DNA of 64,000 bases from a virus. Positions 28,529 through 37,652 of the stretch are shown in pieces; position 1 is the first letter of the stretch, and every line of letters starts with the position of its first letter. The stretch is taken from positions 13,757 through 77,756 of IMG/VR virus record IMGVR_UViG_3300042923_000241. One strand, 5' to 3'. A program made the translations under genes and the position numbers. Under the pieces are notes generated by a model, which saw only the letters and a program-made list of their open reading frames with translations, did not search any database and was not told the origin of the DNA.

Positions 28529-30175
28529 TTGAACCTAATGGATGAAATTATACAGAGCGAAGGGAAGAGTAGGGACGGCCCTGCTGAATCGCAGAATTGG
28601 AAAGAACGATGCGCTAAGTCGCTTGAATTGTTTTGCCAGCATTACTTTCCTGATGTGTTTACATCTGAATTTTGTGAGTTTCATCGTGACGTATTTCGCA
28701 AAATAGAAGGGTACATTTTAAGTGGAGATCACGGTGGGCTGAAAAAGTATATGGCGAGAGCTGCACCGCGTGGACATGGCAAGTCGCAGATTATCTCAAT
28801 GGGATTACCGCTATGGTGTGCTTGCTATGGCTACCGATTTAACATTTTAATCGTGTCCGATACGGCAGAACAAGCGGCGCAGTTTATCAACGACATTAAG
28901 GGCGAACTTGAAGAAAACGAAGCGTTGATTGCTGACTTTGGCAATCTTGTTGGTAAGAAAACTTGGAAAACAGATAAGATTGTCACCGCAAACGGCGTTC
29001 ACTGTTGCGCTAAGGGCGCAGGACAGAAACTTCGCGGGATTAAGTACCGTAATAAAAGACCGGATTTGGTCATTGTTGACGACCTCGAAAACGATGAATC
29101 AGTTGAAACCGAAGGACAGCGCAAAAAGCTGTTCAATTGGTTTATGAAAGCACTCTTGAAATGTGGATTCACTGATACAATTTTTATTTACATTGGGACA
29201 ATCCTGCACTATGAAGCCTTGCTTTACAAAGTCCTTCACGGCAAAGAATTCGGCATGTGGGACAGGAAAATATACAAAGCGGTATACGAGTTTTCACCTA
29301 GTCCGTTATGGGATGAATGGGAAAAGATTATTATGGGTGCGGCGATTATCGGCGACGAAGAAAAACGCGACGAGATAGCTTTAACGGCTTATCGGTTTTA
29401 TCTTGACCATAAAGCAGAAATGCTTCAAGGCGTAAAGTGCCTTTGGACTGAGAAGGAAGACGATTATTACTACAATCTGATGATTGAAAAGGTCATGGAT
29501 GAAGAATCGTTCAATAGCGAGGAACAAAACGACCCATTGACCGAAGAGTCCCGTGAAATTAAAGAAGCGTGGTTAGAAGCTAATACCTACGAAACCTTGC
29601 CGGAAATTACAGAGATATACGGCGCAGTTGACCCTAGTCTTGGCAAAACGAAAAAGTCTGATACGTCGGCAATCGTTATTGTTGGGCGCGGAGTTGATAA
29701 CTTCTTGTATGTCATGGAAGGTGATGTTTGTCGCAGAAAACCAAATGCAATAATTGACGATATGACAGGATATGTCTTGAAGCATTATGCAATTATGCAA
29801 GCAAACGGTGGATTTGTGGTCGAAGAAGATGTTTGGCAAGAATACTTCTCCAACACTATCAAAGACAAATTCGTTGAGCGTGGCATGTACGTCAATTGGA
29901 TTCCGGTTAAAGACCAAGGAAATAAAGAACTGCGCATTAAATCGCTTGCAAGGCTTATTCAACAAGGATACGTCAAGTTTAATAAAAATCATACTACACT
30001 GTGGAATCAATTAAAAAATTGGCCTAAAGGACACGACGACGGTCCGGACGCACTTCAAATGGCGGTTAGTAAATTTGGAGCAAAAGCCGCTATCTGTTTC
30101 GACAAAATGCACGTTGGCAGAAATCGAGAACAGCGTTTACCGAATGTCTTCTCAATGATGGGCAGAAGGAGGTGA
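28529..30175 (+). CDS. terL: terminase large subunit
   Basis: Walker A APRGHGKS, Walker B LVIVDDLE, nuclease VDPS...D and HDDGPDAL. Confidence 0.93.
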   Translation: MNLMDEIIQSEGKSRDGPAESQNWKERCAKSLELFCQHYFPDVFTSEFCEFHRDVFRKIEGYILSGDHGGLKKYMARAAPRGHGKSQIISMGLPLWCACYGYRFNILIVSDTAEQAAQFINDIKGELEENEALIADFGNLVGKKTWKTDKIVTANGVHCCAKGAGQKLRGIKYRNKRPDLVIVDDLENDESVETEGQRKKLFNWFMKALLKCGFTDTIFIYIGTILHYEALLYKVLHGKEFGMWDRKIYKAVYEFSPSPLWDEWEKIIMGAAIIGDEEKRDEIALTAYRFYLDHKAEMLQGVKCLWTEKEDDYYYNLMIEKVMDEESFNSEEQNDPLTEESREIKEAWLEANTYETLPEITEIYGAVDPSLGKTKKSDTSAIVIVGRGVDNFLYVMEGDVCRRKPNAIIDDMTGYVLKHYAIMQANGGFVVEEDVWQEYFSNTIKDKFVERGMYVNWIPVKDQGNKELRIKSLARLIQQGYVKFNKNHTTLWNQLKNWPKGHDDGPDALQMAVSKFGAKAAICFDKMHVGRNREQRLPNVFSMMGRRR

Positions 30176-30182
30176 GAATTTA

Positions 30183-31514
30183 TTGTTTGAAAGTGTAAAA
30201 AAATTCTTTTCAGCAAGGCCGAAGAACATTCCCGCCCCGACTGCCGAGCAAACTAATTCGGATTGGTTTAGCAGAATTGGCAATCGTGTTTCGCGCCGAT
30301 TCCGAACATACGGACTCAATACGGCAAAACAGAAGCAGCTTCGCCAACTATCTCGCAACGGGATTGTCCGGCGTGGCATTGAGCGTATCAAGAAAGGCGT
30401 ACTTAATCTTGACTATCGCATCGACGCAAAAGGTAAGGTCAACGCCAAACAATTAGAACAGATCAAGCTAGTCATTAACAACATCTTAGAGAATCCAAAC
30501 ATACGACACGACTACCGTTCGTTTTGGGATATGGTTCTTGAAGACTTAATTGTTCTTGACGCAGGAGTATTCAATAAAGTAAAAGGCGGCAACCCTATGC
30601 GGCCTTTATTTTTATACCCTGTTGACGGTACAACGATGGAGATTTTAGAGCCATATGACTTCGTTAACCCTGACGGTGATGTGTATGCTCAAAACGCTTC
30701 TTGGTTAGGGCAGGAAAAACGATTTAGCACTCACGAAATCGCCTATCTGCAAATGAACCATTTTACCGATACGCCTTATGGTTTATCGCCGATAGAAAAA
30801 CTGTGGCGGTATCTGAATTACTTTTTGGATGCACTCGACAATGCGGCAGACACGGCGAGTAATGACACGCCAAAATTTATGATTTCCTTTGAAGGCGTAG
30901 ACATAAACAATACTACCCTAAAGGCATATCGAGAGTACATGGTCAACGAGATCGAAGGCACAAGTCACATTCCAATTGTCGGCGGCAAAGTAAACGCCGT
31001 GCAGATTGGCGCGATTAACAGCGATAGCCTTTTCCTTGAATGGCAAAAGTTTCTACTGACGTTGGTTGCCAAGTGCTTTGATTTACCGGAGTCTTTTTTC
31101 ATCACTAGCGATGTCAATGACAGAAACACACTTGACCAACAACAACAGCAGGTAACGCAAGAAGCAGTTAAGCCATACGCGGATTTGATTGAAAAGGCGA
31201 TTAACGAACACATTCTCAAAGAATTGGGATATTACAACGTGACAGTCCAATTCGTCTACGAGGAAACCGCCACACAGAAGAAAGAGAAGTCAGACCGTAT
31301 AGGCAAGGAATACACGCTCGGTATTATAACTCAGCGTCAAGCCTTAACTGAACTTGGATATGCCATTGTTGAAAACAAGTACATTGACATGACTTCCAAG
31401 GAAGCGACTGCCGCGATGAACGTTGATTACCCTGCAAATAATGGCGGTTTTAAGGGACAAGGAGATTCCGCTAACGGTTGGGCAAACAAACCGACAACTA
31501 ACAAGACTGACTAG
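30183..31514 (+). CDS. portal protein
   Basis: follows TerL; LYPVDG, YGLSPIE, AKCFDLP, KPYADLIEKAINEHI. Confidence 0.9.
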   Translation: MFESVKKFFSARPKNIPAPTAEQTNSDWFSRIGNRVSRRFRTYGLNTAKQKQLRQLSRNGIVRRGIERIKKGVLNLDYRIDAKGKVNAKQLEQIKLVINNILENPNIRHDYRSFWDMVLEDLIVLDAGVFNKVKGGNPMRPLFLYPVDGTTMEILEPYDFVNPDGDVYAQNASWLGQEKRFSTHEIAYLQMNHFTDTPYGLSPIEKLWRYLNYFLDALDNAADTASNDTPKFMISFEGVDINNTTLKAYREYMVNEIEGTSHIPIVGGKVNAVQIGAINSDSLFLEWQKFLLTLVAKCFDLPESFFITSDVNDRNTLDQQQQQVTQEAVKPYADLIEKAINEHILKELGYYNVTVQFVYEETATQKKEKSDRIGKEYTLGIITQRQALTELGYAIVENKYIDMTSKEATAAMNVDYPANNGGFKGQGDSANGWANKPTTNKTD

Positions 31515-31528
31515 CGAAGGGAGGTGAT

Positions 31529-32479
31529 ATGTTGGACAAAATTAAACTTGAACTGACAAACCTACAATTTACAACTACGCCAAATCGAATCAATGAAATG
31601 AAATGGGAAGGCGCAGTAACGAAAATTGGACAGGTTAGCGATGGTATTCCTGGCGGTGCTATGTATCCCGTAATTTGGGAACGAAGCGCAATCGAAGCGG
31701 CAATGGATACACTTATCGGCATGCCGTTAAATTGTCGTTGGCCCGAAGAGTGGTTCTCTAATCCTGCGTACGCCTTTACCGGACATGAAGAGCGTTTTGT
31801 CATTGGCATGGTGCAGAAGGTCTGGATTGACGGTGACTATTTAATGTGTTCAGGAATAATCTGGAAAGACAATTTCCCCGACGTCGCTTTTATGATTACA
31901 AATGCCAAAGAAAGTCTAGGCTTTTCGGTAGAATGTTACGGGAAAAACAAAACTGTTCAGGATGAGATCGAACACGTTTACGAAATGGAATTTACAGGTT
32001 TAACAATGGCGTGGAGTAACATCTGTGCCTTTGAAGACACTTTCATCACGCAATTAGTCGCGTGTAGAAAAAATAAGAATAAAAGTGAGGATGATGTTGA
32101 TATGACACCAGAAGAAATGAAAGCTATGTTGGAAACCTTTACCCAGGGAATTACCGCTACGATTGCAGAGGTAAAAACTGGCGTAGAAGCCAAAATGACT
32201 GCAATGGAAGGTAAAATTGAAGCCGCCAAAGTTGCTATTGTTGACCCAAATGCTGAAGAATTAGCAAAGATTCAAGCGACTGTCGATGCTTTGAAAGCAG
32301 AAAACGAGCAACTGAAAGCCGCTAAACCTGCTATTCCTGCGCCGACTGCTGCTCAGACCGCTGCAAGTAAGGGCGATATTGACTTTGACAGCGAACGAGA
32401 CAAGATTAACAAAATGACTTGTTCTAACGAAGAACGCATGAACGAACGCTTTAAGCTGTCCTATAAAGCAGCACAGTAA
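31529..32479 (+). CDS. prohead protease/scaffold fusion
   Basis: H..RFVIG, GFSVE protease-like motif; Ala/Lys-rich coiled-coil C-terminus; between portal and capsid. Confidence 0.75.
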   Translation: MLDKIKLELTNLQFTTTPNRINEMKWEGAVTKIGQVSDGIPGGAMYPVIWERSAIEAAMDTLIGMPLNCRWPEEWFSNPAYAFTGHEERFVIGMVQKVWIDGDYLMCSGIIWKDNFPDVAFMITNAKESLGFSVECYGKNKTVQDEIEHVYEMEFTGLTMAWSNICAFEDTFITQLVACRKNKNKSEDDVDMTPEEMKAMLETFTQGITATIAEVKTGVEAKMTAMEGKIEAAKVAIVDPNAEELAKIQATVDALKAENEQLKAAKPAIPAPTAAQTAASKGDIDFDSERDKINKMTCSNEERMNERFKLSYKAAQ

Positions 32480-32560
32480 CCCCACAACGAAATACATATG
32501 CGAAACTGACTGTCAAAGACGGTCTTTTTTTATGCTCAAAAATGAAAGGATGATGACATA

Positions 32561-33616
32561 ATGCAAAACAAACAAGCAATGTTCCAACTTGATAGCTCTG
32601 AGGTATATAACAAGTACCTAAATGCCGCACAAGAGCGCAAAATGACTGCCGCGACCACTCCTACACTTAACAGTGGTCATAATATTCACTTAGCTTTATT
32701 TGAAGACACGATTTATGACTACATGCGCCGCGATGTAAGTATCTACAATTGGGTTCCGTCTGTTGAAGCAACTGGACAACCTACGATGTGGTTTGAACAG
32801 ACTAAAAACCCTGCCAATGAGCAATTTAGTTCTCCGACCACGCTGACCTATAAGGCTGTTGACGACGATTATGGGCGTGTTCCTAAATCGGCAATGATTA
32901 AGTGTATCACTAGCAAATTCTCCTTCCCATTCTTCAATACTCTTGTAGCGCGGCAGCAGGGCGTTCTTCCCGACTTCGTGCAGAAAGACATTGCTGATTG
33001 GGCTTGGAGCTTCAAGCGGTTCGTCAATAAGAAAATGTACTACGGAACTGATACTGACCTTGCAACTCCGACCACTAACGAGTACATGGGCATTATGACG
33101 CAAATCACCAATGCTGTTGCTCGTCTGAAAACCGAAACAACCACTACTATTCTTGACGTTGTTGAGGACGCTATCGCTAACATGGAAAGCGATGTCGTTA
33201 ACGTGACCGGTACTGCGGCTGACCTTGTTGTGTTTATGAATCCTAAGACTCGCAACAAAATGGTCAAGGAAGAACGCGCAAGAAACAGCAACTTCCGTAT
33301 GGAAAAAGCCGAGTTGATTCCTGGTTTTAACATTCCTGGTATCGACACCGCCAAAGGTATCATTCCGATTGTTGCCGACCCGTTTATTGACGTTATCGAC
33401 AACACCGCCAACGTCAGTTACGATCACCCGATCATGATTCTAAACAAGCGTCTGATTGAACGTCGTTACATTGGCGCGAAAGACCCAATGGTATTCGATT
33501 GGAACATGGGCAACGACCAACTGTCGGGTGACAAATTAGCTGTCCTGTTTGACAACATCATCGTTCGCGGTGCATCTTTCGGACACGTTAAAATTAACTA
33601 TCAGTTAGCGAAGTAA
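32561..33616 (+). CDS. major capsid protein
   Basis: 351 aa after the scaffold; YGTD...EYMGI; biased codons; followed by a terminator. Confidence 0.85.
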   Translation: MQNKQAMFQLDSSEVYNKYLNAAQERKMTAATTPTLNSGHNIHLALFEDTIYDYMRRDVSIYNWVPSVEATGQPTMWFEQTKNPANEQFSSPTTLTYKAVDDDYGRVPKSAMIKCITSKFSFPFFNTLVARQQGVLPDFVQKDIADWAWSFKRFVNKKMYYGTDTDLATPTTNEYMGIMTQITNAVARLKTETTTTILDVVEDAIANMESDVVNVTGTAADLVVFMNPKTRNKMVKEERARNSNFRMEKAELIPGFNIPGIDTAKGIIPIVADPFIDVIDNTANVSYDHPIMILNKRLIERRYIGAKDPMVFDWNMGNDQLSGDKLAVLFDNIIVRGASFGHVKINYQLAK

Positions 33617-33626
33617 GTTAAAGATT

Positions 33627-33655
33627 TTGGAGGGGTTAATTCCCCTCCAACTTTA
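33627..33655 (+). terminator. intrinsic terminator after capsid gene
   Basis: TTGGAGGGG-TTAATT-CCCCTCCAA then CTTT. Confidence 0.65.
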
Positions 33656-33676
33656 TTACCGATAGGAGGCTAGAAA

Positions 33677-34033
33677 ATGGCTTTTACCAAAGAACAACGA
33701 GAAGCAAAGAAACTTGCGCAGTTAGTTGAGAATCAGGGTGAAAAATCAGAAGTTGTCGGCGAATCTGGTGGAGCAGAGCAAGAAACTACGGAAACAAAAG
33801 ATGTAGAAACGGAACAACCACCAGAACAGGGAACAGAGCAAGAAACTGCGGAAGAAAAACCGGAATACGTTACGATAAAACTCAACAAGGTAACGGCGTT
33901 AAAACTGCTTGGATGCGTGCCTAATTCGCTATATGTACAGGGGAAAAACGTAATGTTTGACAACCTGCAGGCAACTGTTCACGTTGATGTACAGGCGTAT
34001 TTAGCCGAGCAAGGACTAATTGAGGTGGACTAA
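33677..34033 (+). CDS. acidic head-associated hypothetical protein
   Basis: GGAGG RBS; position in head module. Confidence 0.6.
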   Translation: MAFTKEQREAKKLAQLVENQGEKSEVVGESGGAEQETTETKDVETEQPPEQGTEQETAEEKPEYVTIKLNKVTALKLLGCVPNSLYVQGKNVMFDNLQATVHVDVQAYLAEQGLIEVD

Positions 34034-34572
34034 TGGCTGAGTTAGACAACTACGGTTACGCGCTGAAACTAATTGAATCCTATATTGGCAAGCCGTTAAC
34101 GGTGCAGACCGTTGTCGAACCAATGGTCAAAACAAACAAGAAGGGTATTGGAACGCTAAAAAACTTGCCTATTGTCGCAGTAACGGAAGTCAAAGGTATT
34201 CAACGCAGACAACAGACGCAATTCGGTTTCACCGCTAACAATGTGACCGAAACGACTATAGACCCGACAAGTCTGTACTTTGTTGATGAGTACGGTCATT
34301 TCATTGTCAATCTTGATACCGCCATTCTGACTCAGATATGGGGAGAACCAGACTTTTACAAAGTAAAATACACCTACGGGTTCGCCGCAATCCCTGACGA
34401 AATTGAAACTGTTGCGCGAATCATCGAATCCAACATCTTAAAGAAAGAAGAAATGGGCGGTCTAAACGGAGTCAAGCAGATTTCAACTCTTGACTTTAAT
34501 GTGGCTCTGTTTGACGACAAACTCATTTCCAGCAACGAACTCAGCGTCTTGAATAAGTACAAGGGAGTGTAA
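34033..34572 (+). CDS. head-tail adaptor
   Basis: KLIESYIG, VKYTYGF..IPDEI, LNKYK. Confidence 0.75.
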   Translation: MAELDNYGYALKLIESYIGKPLTVQTVVEPMVKTNKKGIGTLKNLPIVAVTEVKGIQRRQQTQFGFTANNVTETTIDPTSLYFVDEYGHFIVNLDTAILTQIWGEPDFYKVKYTYGFAAIPDEIETVARIIESNILKKEEMGGLNGVKQISTLDFNVALFDDKLISSNELSVLNKYKGV

Positions 34573-34575
34573 ACA

Positions 34576-35133
34576 ATGGCATTAGGCGGTTTTTTCCCGC
34601 AAGAAATCATTCAGATTCGCGGTAAACCGGATGAAAAAGCTGTTCCGTCAAGAGTGGCGAGAAGTTCAACAATCAGTACGATTAACAACAAAATGAATCT
34701 GCTTCTACAAAAAGGCACGTTAGTTGCCAATGGCGATGAGATAACCTTCCGCGACGCTTTGTGGTACGCCACAGCACACTCTAAGACGTTCGTAGGGGAA
34801 AGTACGCAGATATATAAATGCAACGCCACTATGACGGTTGTGCGACTTGTACCGAAGTACGTTGGAACGAATAAGGTTGGCGATCAAGAGTCAATTATAT
34901 TGTCCAATGTGCCGATTAACCAATGGGACATTACTGGCAATGTCAAACAATTTGATTTGGGCTTGTTGCCCAGTACAGTAAAGAAACTCATGGTTGGCAA
35001 GGTTGACATTCGGATGAAAGATAGGTTGAAGTTTGATGGCAAAAACTTTCAAGTTGACAACATCGACGACGGTAAGCTGGAAGGACTTTACGAAATCCAG
35101 ATAAGCCAAGACAACCGTCCTACGGTGCTATAA
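34576..35133 (+). CDS. head closure / head-tail protein
   Basis: synteny; DRLKFDGKNFQVDNID. Confidence 0.6.
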   Translation: MALGGFFPQEIIQIRGKPDEKAVPSRVARSSTISTINNKMNLLLQKGTLVANGDEITFRDALWYATAHSKTFVGESTQIYKCNATMTVVRLVPKYVGTNKVGDQESIILSNVPINQWDITGNVKQFDLGLLPSTVKKLMVGKVDIRMKDRLKFDGKNFQVDNIDDGKLEGLYEIQISQDNRPTVL

Positions 35134-35741
35134 TGTCAAGCCCTAATGTAGTTATGGTCATTGACAAGTGGACACGCATTATCTGCGCTAGAGTTGAAGC
35201 GAAGTGGGCAAGCCACAGTCAGATTAAAGGGCAGAAAGAGATTGACCAGTTTACTGCTGTTGTTGGCAATACGATTGTTGGCACGATTCGCGCTTCGGGA
35301 ATGGCGGCATGGATTGAAGAATTCGGGAGTGGTCATTTGCTTGACCGTGACAATCCCTATCTCGAAGCCTACAAGCGTTCTCCGATGTGGAATAAAGAGC
35401 GTGAGTATGAGGGCAATGAGTGGGTTGGCAGAGAAGCAGGGGCAACTGTTTATCGTCCCGATGGCAGTACCGACACTTCGTCCGGCAAGGCGCACGTTCA
35501 AGTTAACCGGATGAACAATGCCAGTTATCGCGAAGATGGCGCAAGCGGTCAATACGGTTTGCACATGGAACATGACTTGAACCGTTCTGGCAATAATCCT
35601 GGCTATAAAGCAATTGAGCCGATGCACGTTATAAAATTTGAGGTTGAAGCGGCAATGCCTGATATGTTAGAAGACATTGGCAATGCGGTTGCACAAGACA
35701 TATTGGAGTTGATTCCGCTTAAAATTGACATTTACGTTTAG
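35133..35741 (+). CDS. neck / tail-completion protein
   Basis: AWIEEFGSG motif; synteny. Confidence 0.6.
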   Translation: MSSPNVVMVIDKWTRIICARVEAKWASHSQIKGQKEIDQFTAVVGNTIVGTIRASGMAAWIEEFGSGHLLDRDNPYLEAYKRSPMWNKEREYEGNEWVGREAGATVYRPDGSTDTSSGKAHVQVNRMNNASYREDGASGQYGLHMEHDLNRSGNNPGYKAIEPMHVIKFEVEAAMPDMLEDIGNAVAQDILELIPLKIDIYV

Positions 35742-35759
35742 CGAGGTGGTGGTTTTTGA

Positions 35760-36173
35760 TTGAAAGACACGATTGATTTTCAAGATGAACTGTTCGACTT
35801 GTTCCGCTTCGACACAGAATTGTGTTCGCTGTTGCCGGTTCTTGATTCCGCAAATATTGAGGAATGTGACACAAAGATAAAGCGCATCATTCAAGACCCG
35901 ACAATTATAACGGCAGACGGATTGCCGTTTTTTGATTTCACCTTCACTGATGCGATAGCAACAGGAAATTACAAAGTCAATAAGGGATATTTGGAGTTTA
36001 ATATCTACGCAGGTTCGAGGTATATTGCTGCGAATCAAATCGCCAAGGCAATTGACAGAATCATAAAGGCCAATTACGAAGGATTGCAAAAGTTTGGCCC
36101 GATTCAGGTTGGTTGCCCTGTCAAAGATATATTGCAGTTTCGGGTAATTTATAAACCACTTGTCGCCAGTTAG
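35760..36173 (+). CDS. tail terminator
   Basis: synteny; LPFFDF...EFNIY. Confidence 0.55.
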   Translation: MKDTIDFQDELFDLFRFDTELCSLLPVLDSANIEECDTKIKRIIQDPTIITADGLPFFDFTFTDAIATGNYKVNKGYLEFNIYAGSRYIAANQIAKAIDRIIKANYEGLQKFGPIQVGCPVKDILQFRVIYKPLVAS

Positions 36174-36212
36174 GGCGGCTTTTTTATTTTAGTTTGAAAG
36201 GATGATGTTTGA

Positions 36213-36977
36213 ATGGATTTGATTTTTCACGGTGTAGGCGAAAGCGTACTAAAGTTTAATGACGGCTCTTTTGTTGTTATTGACTCAGCGCAAGACCTGT
36301 CTATCGCTTCTAGTGCGACGACTGTTGAGGTTGAGGGTGGTGACAGTCTTTACGCTCTAGCAGATTTTGTTAGTAAGAAATCGGACAAATTAACGATTAC
36401 AAATGCCGTTCTAAATTTGGAAACCATTAAAGCGCAAACCGGCGCAGAAATTACTGCTGGCTCGGAAGTGCTATTTAACGACAAAAAGACGATTGCGACA
36501 GGCGCGTGTACGCTTAGTCAAACGACAGGAGTTATTGTTGATAGCGTTGCAGCACAAGTTGTCAATGCTAACGGAACTAAAACGCCATTGGTTAATCTTG
36601 GTGCAACCGGAACGCCTACTGCTACACAATTTACCGTTACTGCGGCAGGCGTAGTTGCGGTAGACACAACTCTTAACGACAAAGTAGTTGAGTTTTCCGG
36701 TTATTACACCGATGCAAACGGACAAGTTGCCAAGTTGCTTGAAACCACACTACCGAAGGTTTGTGAATTCCGTCATACCCTTTTGTCTGAGGAAAGCAAT
36801 GAAGATGGCAAACAATATCGCATTGACGTTCGCGCCTTCAAGTGCAAACCTAGCGGTGCATTTACCTATGACGCAAAGAAAGGCACAGCATATGCGCCTA
36901 AATTGGAGTTCTCGATTCTGAATCCGAAACGGACTGACAAGCGAGTTTTGGACTACAACGTGACTGTTGTTGAGTAA
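36213..36977 (+). CDS. major tail (tube) protein
   Basis: Thr/Val/Ala-rich, 254 aa; flanked by terminators; upstream of chaperone and tape measure. Confidence 0.8.
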   Translation: MDLIFHGVGESVLKFNDGSFVVIDSAQDLSIASSATTVEVEGGDSLYALADFVSKKSDKLTITNAVLNLETIKAQTGAEITAGSEVLFNDKKTIATGACTLSQTTGVIVDSVAAQVVNANGTKTPLVNLGATGTPTATQFTVTAAGVVAVDTTLNDKVVEFSGYYTDANGQVAKLLETTLPKVCEFRHTLLSEESNEDGKQYRIDVRAFKCKPSGAFTYDAKKGTAYAPKLEFSILNPKRTDKRVLDYNVTVVE

Positions 36978-37035
36978 TTAACTGAATGGCCCTGCTCTTA
37001 ATTGGGCAGGGCATTATTTTTAGGGAGGTTAAATA

Positions 37036-37404
37036 ATGTCAGACCCCTACATGATTACAGACAATGAAATTCTTGGCAGAGACGAGAAGATGCACGAAGT
37101 CAAGCCGATGCTACTGAAATATACCGATAAGGTTATTTCGTTGTCAAAGAGACTTGTTCGTGACGACGTGATGTTTGCTAATATCATGCCGCCAAAGTAT
37201 GAAAACGGCTTGCCTGTTATTGACGGAAAGGGTGATATTGTCACAGACAAAGAGCCGTATAAGGCGATGATTGGTCTGCTTGAAATCGCCACTAACGAGA
37301 GGAAAACACAAATTGAAGAATGGTGCGATTTGGCGATAGCACAGGAAATTCTTGATCGGTTTTATTGTATTAGTAACCTAAAAAAAAACATGAAGGAAAA
37401 GTAG
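37036..37404 (+). CDS. tail assembly chaperone (gpG-like)
   Basis: between tail tube and tape measure; slippery A-AAA-AAA-AAC at 37380-37389. Confidence 0.75.
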   Translation: MSDPYMITDNEILGRDEKMHEVKPMLLKYTDKVISLSKRLVRDDVMFANIMPPKYENGLPVIDGKGDIVTDKEPYKAMIGLLEIATNERKTQIEEWCDLAIAQEILDRFYCISNLKKNMKEK

Positions 37405-37607
37405 AACCGCCAGACCTGTCTAAGATAAGGGCGTGGTTCGCAGAAAATACAAGCATTGACCCTAAAAGACTGATGAATGAATATACCGTGGCAGAAGTTG
37501 AGGACTTAATGAAAGGTTTTGAGTCAAACAACAAGCAGTCCAATTCTTCCGGCAAAGCGTTAGATGGTAAAGATGCCATTAATGTCTTAATAAACAAGAA
37601 ACTCTAG
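37389..37607 (+). CDS. -1 frameshift extension (gpT-like part of gpGT)
   Basis: the -1 frame is open from the A-run to TAG 37605-37607 (HEGKVEPPDLSKIRAWFAENT...). Confidence 0.75.
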   Translation, partial: HEGKVEPPDLSKIRAWFAENTSIDPKRLMNEYTVAEVEDLMKGFESNNKQSNSSGKALDGKDAINVLINKKL

Positions 37608-37652
37608 GCGGTATACCGCCTTTTTACTTTGTAAATAACGGGCGGTGATTAA

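Noticed and set aside
32696-33427. 243-aa antisense ORF within the capsid gene, and similar shadow ORFs
   Set aside because: Expected by-product of codon bias in the sense gene; no RBS or motifs
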